NCBI GenBank assembly: GCA_937867305.1
Contig: CALMKJ010000022.1
Span: 23,258-87,257 of the forward strand
Direction: 5' to 3'
From: an uncultured Ectothiorhodospiraceae bacterium
GTDB taxonomy: Bacteria > Pseudomonadota > Gammaproteobacteria > JAABTG01
Length of the DNA stretch: 64,000 bases
Both the position numbers and the translations under genes were made by a program. Under the pieces are notes generated by a model that was given only the letters and a program-made list of their open reading frames with translations, was not told the origin of the DNA and did no database searches. Below, piece by piece: positions 55,456 through 64,000 of this stretch. The number at the start of each line of letters is the position of its first letter. The stretch's first letter is position 1.

Positions 55456-58038
55456 TTAGCGCATCTTGGCCCCGGCGAGCTCCCGCAGGCGGTAGAGCGT
55501 GTCCAGGGCCTGGCGCGGGGTCAGGCGGTCGGGGTCCACCCGGCGCAGGGCGTCCAGGGCCGGCGCGGGGTCCGCGGTGGCGAAGAGGTCGAGCTGGCGC
55601 CGGGGGGCGCCGGCGTCGCGGGGGCGGGCTTCCAGCTCCGCCAGGCGAGCCCGCGCCCTGGCGACCACTTGGGCCGGGACCCCGGCCAGCGCCGCCACCT
55701 GTAAACCATAGCTCTGACTGGCCGGTCCTTCCTTGACCGCGTGCAGGAAGACGATCCGCTCGCCGTGCTCGACCGCGTCCAGGTGCACGTTCGCCACCCC
55801 CTCGAGGGTGTCGGCGAGCACCGTCAGCTCGAAAAAGTGGGTGGCGAACAGGGTGTAGGCGCCGATCTCCCGCGCCAGGTGCTCGGCGCTCGCCCAGGCG
55901 AGCGCCAGGCCGTCGAAGGTGCTGGTCCCGCGGCCCACCTCGTCCACGAGGACCAGGCTCTCCCGGGTCGCGTTGTGAAGGATGTTGGCCACCTCGGTCA
56001 TCTCCACCATGAAGGTGGAGCGACCTCCGGCCAGGTCGTCCGCCGCCCCGATGCGGGTGAAGATGCGGTCCACGGGCCCGATGACGGCGCGCTCGGCGGG
56101 CACGAAACTGCCGGTGTGGGCCAGTAGCACGATGAGCGCCGCCTGGCGCATGTAGGTCGACTTCCCGCCCATGTTGGGGCCGGTGACCACGAGCATCCGG
56201 CGTCCCGTCCCCAGTTCCAGGTCGTTGGGCACGAACGGGCCGTCGAGGCAACGCTCCACCACGGGGTGGCGGCCCCGCGTCACCTGGATCCCCGACTCCT
56301 CGGTCAGCTCCGGCCGGGTGAGCTCCAGCGCGTCGGCCCGCTCCGCGAGGTTGGCGAGGACGTCGGCCTCCGCGACCGCCTCGGCACAGGCCTGCAGGTC
56401 CGCGAGATGCCCTGCCGCCCCCTCCAGGAGGTCCGCGTACAGGGCGCGCTCGCGCGCGAGCGCCCGCTCCCGCGCGCTGAGCACCCGGTCCTCGAAGGCC
56501 TTCAGCTCGGAGGTGACGTAGCGCTCCACGCCCTTCAGCGTCTGCCGGCGGACGTAGTCGGCCGGGGCGTTCGCCGCCTGGGCGCGGCTCAGCTCGATGT
56601 AGAAGCCGGAGACGCGGTTATAGCCCACCCGCAGGCCGGCGATCGCGCTCCGGGCGCGCTCCCGGGCCTCGAAGTCGGCGAGGGCCTGTCCCGTGTCCCG
56701 GTCCAGGGCGCGCAGCTCGTCGAGCTCCGGGTCGTAACCGTCGGCGATCACGCCCCCGTCCCGCACCGTGGGCGGGGGTGACTCGACCAGGGCCTGCTCC
56801 AGTCGCTCGCGCAGCTCCGGGAACGGGCGCACCGCCTCGGCCAGGGCGGCGAGCCGCGGGTCCCCGGCGCCGCCGAGGACGTCCTGGACCTCAGGCACCA
56901 CCGCGAGGGCCAGCCTGAGCTGGACCAGGTCGCGGGGGCGGGCGGACCGCAGGGCCACGCGGGCGAGCACCCGCTCCAGGTCGCCCACCGCACGCAACGC
57001 GGCGTCCAGGGTCTCCCAGAGCCGGTCTCCCAACAGGGTCTCGATCGCCTGCTGGCGCTCCCGCAGCGCGGTCCGGTCGCGCAGGGGGCGGGCCAGCCAG
57101 CGCCGGAGCAGGCGGGCGCCCATGGGGGTGCGCGTCGCGTCCATCACCTGCACCAGGGTGTTCTCCCGGCCCCCGGCGAGGTTGACCTCGACCTCGAGAT
57201 TGCGCCGGGCGACGGGGTCCACGTAGAGGCTGTCCTCCCGGCGCTCGACCCGCAGGCCCCGGACGTGGGGCAGGGCGGAGCGCTGGGTTTCGCGCGCGTA
57301 GACGAGCAGGCTGCCGGCGGCCCCGATGGCCGCGGCGAGGCCCGCGCACCCGAAGCCGGCGAGGTCGCGGGTCCCGAAGTGCTCGGAGAGCAGCCGCGTG
57401 GCCGCCTCGGGGTCGAAGTGCCAGGGTGGGCGCCGGCGCAGGGCGGCACCCGGGGCGCCGCCCGGCAACGGCCCGGTCTCCGGGACGAGCAGCTCGGCAG
57501 GCTGCAGCCGGGCGAGTTCGGCCGCCAGTCCCTGCGAGCCGTCCCCCTCCGAGCCGTCGCCCTCCGTGACGGTGAATCGCCCGCTGGTGAGGTCGAGTGC
57601 GGCGACGCCCCACCGCTCCCCCAGCACGTGGGCCGCGACCAGCAGATTGTCGCGTCGCTCCTCGAGCAGGGCCTCCTCGGTGACGGTGCCGGGGGTGACC
57701 ACACGGGTCACCCTCCGCTCCATCGGGCCGCGCCCGGGGGCCTCCCCGAACTGCTCGCAGATCGCCACCGACTCGCCTTGGCGCAGCAGCCGTGCCAGAT
57801 AGCCATCGACCGCGTGGGCAGGCACCCCGGCCATGGGGATGGGCTCGCCCGCGGTCTGCCCCCGGCGGGTGAGCGCGATGTCGAGCAGCGCCGCGGCGCG
57901 CCGGGCGTCGTCGAAGAACAGCTCGTAGAAATCCCCCATGCGGTAGAAGAGCAGGCAGTCGGGGTGCTCGGCCTTCAGCCGGAGGTACTGCTGCATCACG
58001 GGGGTGTGGCGGGAGAGGTCCTCGGGGCTGCTCGGCAT
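55456..58038 (-). CDS. mutS: DNA mismatch repair protein MutS
   Basis: [51 protein letters not shown]. Confidence 0.99.
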   Translation of the reverse strand: MPSSPEDLSRHTPVMQQYLRLKAEHPDCLLFYRMGDFYELFFDDARRAAALLDIALTRRGQTAGEPIPMAGVPAHAVDGYLARLLRQGESVAICEQFGEAPGRGPMERRVTRVVTPGTVTEEALLEERRDNLLVAAHVLGERWGVAALDLTSGRFTVTEGDGSEGDGSQGLAAELARLQPAELLVPETGPLPGGAPGAALRRRPPWHFDPEAATRLLSEHFGTRDLAGFGCAGLAAAIGAAGSLLVYARETQRSALPHVRGLRVERREDSLYVDPVARRNLEVEVNLAGGRENTLVQVMDATRTPMGARLLRRWLARPLRDRTALRERQQAIETLLGDRLWETLDAALRAVGDLERVLARVALRSARPRDLVQLRLALAVVPEVQDVLGGAGDPRLAALAEAVRPFPELRERLEQALVESPPPTVRDGGVIADGYDPELDELRALDRDTGQALADFEARERARSAIAGLRVGYNRVSGFYIELSRAQAANAPADYVRRQTLKGVERYVTSELKAFEDRVLSARERALARERALYADLLEGAAGHLADLQACAEAVAEADVLANLAERADALELTRPELTEESGIQVTRGRHPVVERCLDGPFVPNDLELGTGRRMLVVTGPNMGGKSTYMRQAALIVLLAHTGSFVPAERAVIGPVDRIFTRIGAADDLAGGRSTFMVEMTEVANILHNATRESLVLVDEVGRGTSTFDGLALAWASAEHLAREIGAYTLFATHFFELTVLADTLEGVANVHLDAVEHGERIVFLHAVKEGPASQSYGLQVAALAGVPAQVVARARARLAELEARPRDAGAPRRQLDLFATADPAPALDALRRVDPDRLTPRQALDTLYRLRELAGAKMR

Positions 58039-58073
58039 GGGAGAAGTGTACCGGAGGCGGACCGGCCGGGGGG

Positions 58074-58100
58074 TTGAAAACGGCGGGAGGCACCCCACCT
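58074..58100 (+). promoter_or_regulatory. sigma32 (RpoH) heat-shock promoter of htpG
   Basis: TTGAAA-13 nt-CCCCACCT, close to the RpoH consensus TTGAAA-N13-15-CCCCATNT. Confidence 0.8.
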
Positions 58101-58140
58101 CTGGAGCAGCGCGTTGCACCCCCGGAGGACAGGCACACCC

Positions 58141-60024
58141 ATGACCGTCGAAGCCCACAAGGAAACCCTCGGGTTCCAGACCGAGGTCCGCCAGCTGCTG
58201 GACCTGGTGATCCACTCCCTCTACAGCAACAAGGAGGTGTTCCTCCGGGAGCTCGTCTCGAACGCCTCCGACGCGGCGGACAAGCTGCGTTTCGAGGCGC
58301 TCACCGACGACGCCCTGTACGAGGGCCAGGGCGAGCTGACGATCAGCGTGTCCTGCGACAAGGGCGCCCGGACCGTCACGGTGCGCGACAACGGCATCGG
58401 GATGAGCCGGCAGGAGGTGGTGGACCACATCGGGACCATCGCCCGCTCCGGCACGCGGGCCTTCTTCCAGAGCCTGACCGGAGACCAGGCCAAGGACAGC
58501 CAGCTGATCGGCCAGTTCGGGGTCGGCTTCTACTCCGCCTTCATCGTGGCCGACCGGGTCACCCTGACGACCCGCCGGGCCGGGCTCGGGCCGGAGCACG
58601 GGGTGCGCTGGGAGTCGACGGGCGGAGGCGACTACACGCTGGAGACCCTGGAGCGCCCGGAGCGGGGCACCGAGGTGGTGCTGCACCTGAGGCCGGACGA
58701 GGACGAGTTCCTCGACGGCTGGCGCCTGCGCGCCATCCTGCGCAAGTTCTCCGACCACATCGCCCTGCCCATCCGGATGCCGAAGGAGGGCAACCCCCAG
58801 GAGTGGGAGGTGGTGAACCAGGGCACCGCCCTCTGGGCGAGGCCCAAGGCCGAGGTGAGCGAGGAGCAATACCGGGAGTTCTACCGTCACGTCAGCCACG
58901 ACTTCGGCGAGCCGCTCGCGTGGACCCACAACCGGGTCGAGGGCGCCCTCGAGTACACCTCGCTTCTCTACCTGCCCACACGCGCGCCCCTCGACATCTG
59001 GGACCGCCGCGAGCGCCACGGCGTGAAGCTCTACGTGCGCCGGGTGTTCATCATGGACGACGCCGAGCAGTTGATGCCGCCCTACCTGCGGTTCGTGCGC
59101 GGGGTCATCGACGCCCAGGACCTGCCCCTGAACATCTCCCGGGAGATCCTCCAGCAGAACCGGCAGGTCGAGTCGATCCGCTCCGGCTCCGTGAGGAAGG
59201 TCCTCGGCCTGCTCGAGCACCTGGCGAAGGAAGAGCCCGAGAAGTACGCGACCTTCTGGAAGGAGTTCGGGCGCGTGTTCAAGGAGGGCGTGGTCGACGA
59301 CCCGGCCAACCGCGAGCGCATCGCCGGGCTCCTGCGCTTCGCGTCGACCCGGGGCGAGGGCGAGAAGCCCTCGGTCTCCCTCGGCGACTACGTCGCCCGC
59401 ATGAAGGAAGGGCAGGACGCCATCTACTACATCACGGCCGACTCCTATTCCGCGGCCCGCCACAGTCCGCACCTGGAGGTCTTCGAGCAGGAGGGGGTCG
59501 AGGTCCTGCTCCTCACCGACGGGATCGACGAGTGGGTGGTGAGCAACCTGACCGAGCTCGAGGGCAAGCCCCTGCGCTCGGTGGCGAAGGGGCAGCTCGA
59601 CCTGGGCAAGCTCCGGGACGAGACGGCCCGGCAGGCGGCCGAGGCGGCGGCGGACGCGCTGAAGCCCCTTGCCGAGCGGGTCACGGCCGTGCTCGGCGAC
59701 CGGGTGCAGGAGGTCCGGGTGAGCCAGCGGCTGTTGACCTCCCCGGCGTGCCTGGTGGCGGGGGAGCACGACTTCGGGCGTCACCTGGAGCGACTCCTGC
59801 GGGCCTCGGGCCAGGAACTCCCGGCGGCGCGGCCCATTCTCGAGCTCAACCCCACCCACCCCCTGGTGAAGCGCCTGGAGCAGGAGACCGGCGACCGATT
59901 CGGCGAGTGGGTGGAGATCCTCTTCGACCAGGCCCTGCTCGCGGAGGGCAGCCAGTTGGAGAACCCCTCGGCCTTCGTCGGCCGCCTGAACCGCATGCTC
60001 CTGGAGCTGAGCGGAGGTGTCTGA
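58141..60024 (+). CDS. htpG: chaperone HtpG (Hsp90)
   Basis: [42 protein letters not shown]. Confidence 0.99.
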   Translation: MTVEAHKETLGFQTEVRQLLDLVIHSLYSNKEVFLRELVSNASDAADKLRFEALTDDALYEGQGELTISVSCDKGARTVTVRDNGIGMSRQEVVDHIGTIARSGTRAFFQSLTGDQAKDSQLIGQFGVGFYSAFIVADRVTLTTRRAGLGPEHGVRWESTGGGDYTLETLERPERGTEVVLHLRPDEDEFLDGWRLRAILRKFSDHIALPIRMPKEGNPQEWEVVNQGTALWARPKAEVSEEQYREFYRHVSHDFGEPLAWTHNRVEGALEYTSLLYLPTRAPLDIWDRRERHGVKLYVRRVFIMDDAEQLMPPYLRFVRGVIDAQDLPLNISREILQQNRQVESIRSGSVRKVLGLLEHLAKEEPEKYATFWKEFGRVFKEGVVDDPANRERIAGLLRFASTRGEGEKPSVSLGDYVARMKEGQDAIYYITADSYSAARHSPHLEVFEQEGVEVLLLTDGIDEWVVSNLTELEGKPLRSVAKGQLDLGKLRDETARQAAEAAADALKPLAERVTAVLGDRVQEVRVSQRLLTSPACLVAGEHDFGRHLERLLRASGQELPAARPILELNPTHPLVKRLEQETGDRFGEWVEILFDQALLAEGSQLENPSAFVGRLNRMLLELSGGV

Positions 60025-61429
60025 CGGCGGTGTGCGCCGCAGGGCGGGGGGGGCGGCGAGCCCCCCCGGGGCCGCGCCCCGCGTCGGCTTCGTCAGCCTC
60101 GGCTGTCCCAAGGCCACGCGCGATTCGGAGCTGATCCTCACCCGCCTGCGGGCCGAGGGCTACCGCATCGTGCCGAGCTACGGGGAGGCGGACCTGGTGG
60201 TGGTGAACACCTGCGGTTTCATCGACCCCGCGGTGGAGGAGTCGCTCGAGGCCATCGGCGAGGCGCTCGCGGCGAACGGGCGCGTCGTGGTGACGGGCTG
60301 CCTCGGTGCCCGCAGCGAGGTCGTCCTCCGGGCGCACCCGGAGGTGCTGGCCGTCACCGGGCCCAACGCCCTCGAGGAGGTGATCGCGGCGGTGCACGCC
60401 CACCTCCCGCCCGCGCACGTTCCCTTCGAGCATCTGGTCCCGCCCCAGGGGGTGCGACTGACCCCCCCTCATTACGCTTACCTGAAGATCTCGGAGGGCT
60501 GCAGCCACCGCTGCACCTTCTGCATCATCCCGTCGCTGCGCGGCGACCTGCAGAGCCGCCCTTTCCCGGAGGTGATGCGCGAGGCCGAGACGCTGGTCGC
60601 GGCGGGGGTGAAAGAGCTGCTGGTCATCGCCCAGGATACCGGCGCCTACGGGGCGGACGTGCGGCATCGGCGGGAGACGTGGGGCGGAAAGGCGGTGCGC
60701 ACGCGCATCCGGGACCTCGCCGAGGCCCTGGGGGGGCTGGGTGCGTGGGTGCGGCTGCACTACGTCTATCCCCACCCCCACGTGGACGAGCTCGTCACGC
60801 TGATGGCCGCGGGCCGGGTCCTGCCCTACCTCGACGTGCCCCTCCAGCACGCAAACCGCCGGGTCCTCCGGGCGATGCGCCGGCCCGCGAACACCGAGAA
60901 CGCCCTGGCCCGGATCCAGGCCTGGCGCGCGGAGTGTCCGGAGCTGACCGTGCGCAGCACGTTCGTCGTGGGCTTTCCCGGAGAGACGGAGGCGGAGTTC
61001 GAGGAGCTCCTCGCGTTCCTGCGCGCGGCCGAGCTCGATCGCGTCGGCTGTTTCGCCTACTCACCGGTGGAGGGTGCGGTGGCCAACGCCCTGCCGGGCG
61101 CCGTGCCGGAGCCGGTGCGCGAAGAGCGCCGCCGTCGCCTGATGGAACTGCAGGCCGGGATCAGCGCGGAGCGCCTGGCGCGCCGGGTGGGCCAGACCCT
61201 CACCGTCCTGGTTGACCAGGTGGACGGGAAGGGGGCCGTCGCCCGCAGTGCCGCCGACGCACCGGAGGTCGACGGTCAGGTCTATGTCCCGGCGGCGGAC
61301 GGCATGCGCCCCGGGGAGTTCCACTCCGTGCGGGTCGTCGCGGCCGGCGAGCACGACCTCTGGGCCGAGCCCGCCGTGTCCGATGCGCGGGGGTCGGGAG
61401 GTGACGGGGAAGGGGCCCGGGGAGCCTGA
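60017..61429 (+). CDS. rimO: ribosomal protein S12 methylthiotransferase
   Basis: [38 protein letters not shown]. Confidence 0.97.
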   Translation: MSDGGVRRRAGGAASPPGAAPRVGFVSLGCPKATRDSELILTRLRAEGYRIVPSYGEADLVVVNTCGFIDPAVEESLEAIGEALAANGRVVVTGCLGARSEVVLRAHPEVLAVTGPNALEEVIAAVHAHLPPAHVPFEHLVPPQGVRLTPPHYAYLKISEGCSHRCTFCIIPSLRGDLQSRPFPEVMREAETLVAAGVKELLVIAQDTGAYGADVRHRRETWGGKAVRTRIRDLAEALGGLGAWVRLHYVYPHPHVDELVTLMAAGRVLPYLDVPLQHANRRVLRAMRRPANTENALARIQAWRAECPELTVRSTFVVGFPGETEAEFEELLAFLRAAELDRVGCFAYSPVEGAVANALPGAVPEPVREERRRRLMELQAGISAERLARRVGQTLTVLVDQVDGKGAVARSAADAPEVDGQVYVPAADGMRPGEFHSVRVVAAGEHDLWAEPAVSDARGSGGDGEGARGA

Positions 61430-61512
61430 GCCCGGCTGGATCTTGATAGACTGCAACTCCCTGCCGCCGTCCCCCTGGCGAGGACCTCGCCCATGCCCGG
61501 ACACCGCCGCCC

Positions 61513-62436
61513 GTGAACGCCGACGCCGAAGAACGGAACGAACTGATCGGGGAGCTGGTGACCCCCCGCGACTTCGTGCGCTGGGGTGCGAGCCGCTTCA
61601 ACGAGGCCGGGCTGTTCTTCGGCCACGGCACGGACAACGCCGTGGACGAGGCGAACGTGCTGGTCCTGCACGCCCTGCACCTGCAGCCCGGGGTCCCGGA
61701 CGAGCTGATGCGGGCCCGTCTCACGCGCGCCGAGCGGGCGCAGGTGCTGGACCTGCTGCGCCGGAGGGTCGCGGAGCGTGTTCCCGCGCCCTACCTCACC
61801 CACGAGGCCTGGTTCGCGGGGCTCGACTTCTACGTCGACGAGCGCGTCCTGGTGCCACGCTCGCTCATCGGCGAGGTCATCGAGCAGGGCTTTTCGCCCT
61901 GGCTCGACGGCGTGACGGTGGACCGTGTCCTCGACCTCGGCACGGGCAGCGGTTGCATCGCCGTGGCCTGTGCCCTGGCCTTCCCCGAGGCCGCGGTCGA
62001 CGCGGTCGACGTCTCGCCGGAGGCCCTCGAGGTCGCCCGGGTCAACGTGGAGCGCCACGGGGTGGAGGACCGGGTGCGTTTGTTGCGGTCCGACCTCTAC
62101 GGGCAACTCCCGAAGGGGCGGTACTCCCTCATCGTCAGCAACCCGCCCTACGTCGACGCCGAGGAGCTCGCGCGCATGCCCCAGGAGTTCCGGCGCGAGC
62201 CGCTGGTGGGGCTCGCGGCCGGAGAGGACGGCCTCGACGTCGTGCGCCGCATCCTCGCGGGTGCGGCGAAGCGGCTCACGCGGGACGGTGTCCTGGTGGT
62301 CGAGGTCGGAGCGAGCCGCCCCGCCCTCGAGCGCGCCTTTCCCGACGTGCCCTTTACCTGGCTCGAGCTGCAGCGCGGGCCGGACGAGGTCTTCCTGCTG
62401 ACGAGCGCTGAGCTGCGCAATGTGATGCCTGATTGA
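61513..62436 (+). CDS. prmB: 50S ribosomal protein L3 glutamine methyltransferase
   Basis: FFGHGTDNA, YVDERVLVPRS, DLGTGSGCI, SNPPY. Confidence 0.96.
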   Translation: MNADAEERNELIGELVTPRDFVRWGASRFNEAGLFFGHGTDNAVDEANVLVLHALHLQPGVPDELMRARLTRAERAQVLDLLRRRVAERVPAPYLTHEAWFAGLDFYVDERVLVPRSLIGEVIEQGFSPWLDGVTVDRVLDLGTGSGCIAVACALAFPEAAVDAVDVSPEALEVARVNVERHGVEDRVRLLRSDLYGQLPKGRYSLIVSNPPYVDAEELARMPQEFRREPLVGLAAGEDGLDVVRRILAGAAKRLTRDGVLVVEVGASRPALERAFPDVPFTWLELQRGPDEVFLLTSAELRNVMPD

Positions 62437-62446
62437 CTCAGGTCAA
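62433..62446. promoter_or_regulatory. FNR/ANR/DNR-type box upstream of hemN
   Basis: TTGAC-TCAG-GTCAA, symmetric variant of TTGAT-N4-ATCAA. Confidence 0.65.
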
Positions 62447-62482
62447 ACCCCCGTCCGAGCCCCCTCCACTAGCCTTCTGCCC

Positions 62483-63889
62483 ATGTCCGAGTCCCAGCCG
62501 ATCCCTTCGGTCACTTTCGATCCGGACCTCATCCGGCGTTACGACCGTTCAGGCCCGCGGTACACCTCTTACCCCACCGCGGTCCAGTTCCACTCCGGGT
62601 TCAAGGAAGAGAACTACCGGGCCTGGGCGCAGCAGACCAACGAGGAGCCCATCCCGCGGCCCCTGTCGCTCTACTTCCACATCCCGTTCTGCGACTCGGT
62701 CTGCTACTACTGCGGCTGCAACAAGATCGTCACCAAGAACCGCGCCCACGCGGTGCCGTACCTGGAGCGTCTGCACCGGGAGGTGGCGATGCAGGGCGCG
62801 CTCTTCGACCGGGACCGCCCGGTGGACCAGCTCCACTGGGGCGGGGGCACCCCGACCTTCCTCAGCACGGCGCAGATGGAGGAGTTGATGGCGGTCACCC
62901 GCCAGCACTTCAGCCTGCGCGACGGTGATCAGGGGGAGTACTCCATCGAGATCGACCCGCGCGAGGCGGACGCGCGGACCATCGCGCTGCTCCGCCGGCT
63001 CGGTTTCAACCGCATGAGCCTCGGGGTGCAGGACTTCGACCCGCGGGTGCAGAAGGCCGTCAACCGCATCCAGACCTACGAAGAGACGATGGCGGTCCTC
63101 AACGCGGCGCGGGACGAGGGCTTCCGTTCCATCAGCGTCGACCTGATCTACGGACTGCCCTTCCAGTCGGTGGGGAGCTTCAAGGGCACCCTCGACAGCA
63201 TCATCGAGGCGAGCCCGGACCGCATCTCGGTGTTCAACTACGCCCACCTGCCGGAGCTGTTCAAGACCCAGCGCCAGATCAACGCGAGCGAGCTGCCGTC
63301 CCCCGCCGAGAAGCTCGACATCCTCGCCATGTGCATCGAGCGGCTGACCGCGGCCGGCTACGTCTTCATCGGCATGGACCACTTCGCCAAGCCGGACGAC
63401 GAGCTGGCCGTGGCGCAACGCAGCCGCACCCTCTACCGGAATTTCCAGGGGTACTCGACGCACGCGAACTGCGACCTGGTGGGCCTCGGCATCACCGCGA
63501 TCGGGATGGTGGGCGAGTCCTACAGCCAGAACGTCAAGACCACCGAAGACTACTACACCGCCCTCGACGCCGGGCACCTGCCGATCCTGCGCGGAGTCCA
63601 GCTCACCCCCGACGACCGCCTGCGCCGGCGGGTGATCACGGAGCTCATCTGCCATTACCGCCTGGACTTCGAGCAGATCGAGCGCGAGTACTCGGTGCGC
63701 TTCCAGGAGTACTTCGCGCCCGAGCTGCAGGACCTCAAGGGGATGGAGGCCGACGGGCTGCTGACGCTGGATGCCGAGGGGATCCGGGTCGGCCCGCGCG
63801 GCAAGCTCCTCATCCGGAACGTCTGCATGACCTTCGATCGCTACCTGCGGGAGAAGGCGACGGTCCAGCGGTTCTCCAAGGTCATCTGA
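62483..63889 (+). CDS. hemN: oxygen-independent coproporphyrinogen III oxidase
   Basis: [42 protein letters not shown]. Confidence 0.98.
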   Translation: MSESQPIPSVTFDPDLIRRYDRSGPRYTSYPTAVQFHSGFKEENYRAWAQQTNEEPIPRPLSLYFHIPFCDSVCYYCGCNKIVTKNRAHAVPYLERLHREVAMQGALFDRDRPVDQLHWGGGTPTFLSTAQMEELMAVTRQHFSLRDGDQGEYSIEIDPREADARTIALLRRLGFNRMSLGVQDFDPRVQKAVNRIQTYEETMAVLNAARDEGFRSISVDLIYGLPFQSVGSFKGTLDSIIEASPDRISVFNYAHLPELFKTQRQINASELPSPAEKLDILAMCIERLTAAGYVFIGMDHFAKPDDELAVAQRSRTLYRNFQGYSTHANCDLVGLGITAIGMVGESYSQNVKTTEDYYTALDAGHLPILRGVQLTPDDRLRRRVITELICHYRLDFEQIEREYSVRFQEYFAPELQDLKGMEADGLLTLDAEGIRVGPRGKLLIRNVCMTFDRYLREKATVQRFSKVI

Positions 63890-63893
63890 CCCT

Positions 63894-64000
63894 TTGTCCG
63901 GGAACACCGTCGGCAGGCTTTTCACCGTCACTTCCTTCGGCGAGAGCCACGGCCCCGCGATCGGCGCCATCGTGGACGGCTGCCCGCCGGGGCTCGAGCT
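63894..64000 (+). CDS. aroC: chorismate synthase, 5' fragment (runs off the window)
   Basis: Manual translation from TTG: (M)[34 protein letters not shown]. Confidence 0.93.
   Translation, partial: MSGNTVGRLFTVTSFGESHGPAIGAIVDGCPPGLE

Noticed and set aside
55456-60141. 1561-aa ORF that looks like MutS with a 700-aa N-terminal extension
   Set aside because: The extension is the antisense shadow of htpG (stop-poor at high GC3); MutS homology starts at the ATG at 58038
61443-61456. TTGAT-AGAC-TGCAA, FNR-like site before prmB
   Set aside because: Only one good half-site and no functional rationale

Overview
Very GC-rich (by eye about 70%) chromosomal window, most consistent with a gammaproteobacterium, plausibly a sulfur oxidizer (inference from gene content and order). 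The core is the conserved glnD-map / rpsB-tsf-pyrH-frr-uppS-cdsA-dxr-rseP-bamA-skp-lpxD-fabZ-lpxA-lpxB-rnhB-dnaE-accA-(pgm)-tilS cluster. Left of it lie a SulP transporter, a sulfur oxygenase reductase (SOR) with a twin-arginine signal peptide, DmeF, tRNA-Thr(UGU), a Nudix hydrolase, an EHD-like membrane dynamin-family NTPase, sfsA and moaC/D/E. Right of it lie an MCE/Mla-type ABC operon, a tandem pair of Era-like/DUF697 GTPases, a phosphate/polyP block (sixA, CHAD protein, fdxA, PhoB-boxed pstSCAB-phoU, a 2-phosphoglycerate-kinase-like ATP-cone protein), cysK, a ZIP/ankyrin/HExxH-protein trio, mutS, htpG, rimO, prmB, hemN (FNR-like box) and the start of aroC. No integrase, transposase or CRISPR array was seen. 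The best leads are the Tat-exported SOR, the secreted zincin-like + membrane-anchored ankyrin + ZIP module, the EHD-like NTPase, the GTPase pair and the 2PGK-like gene after phoU. All assignments come from motif recognition only; no searches were run.
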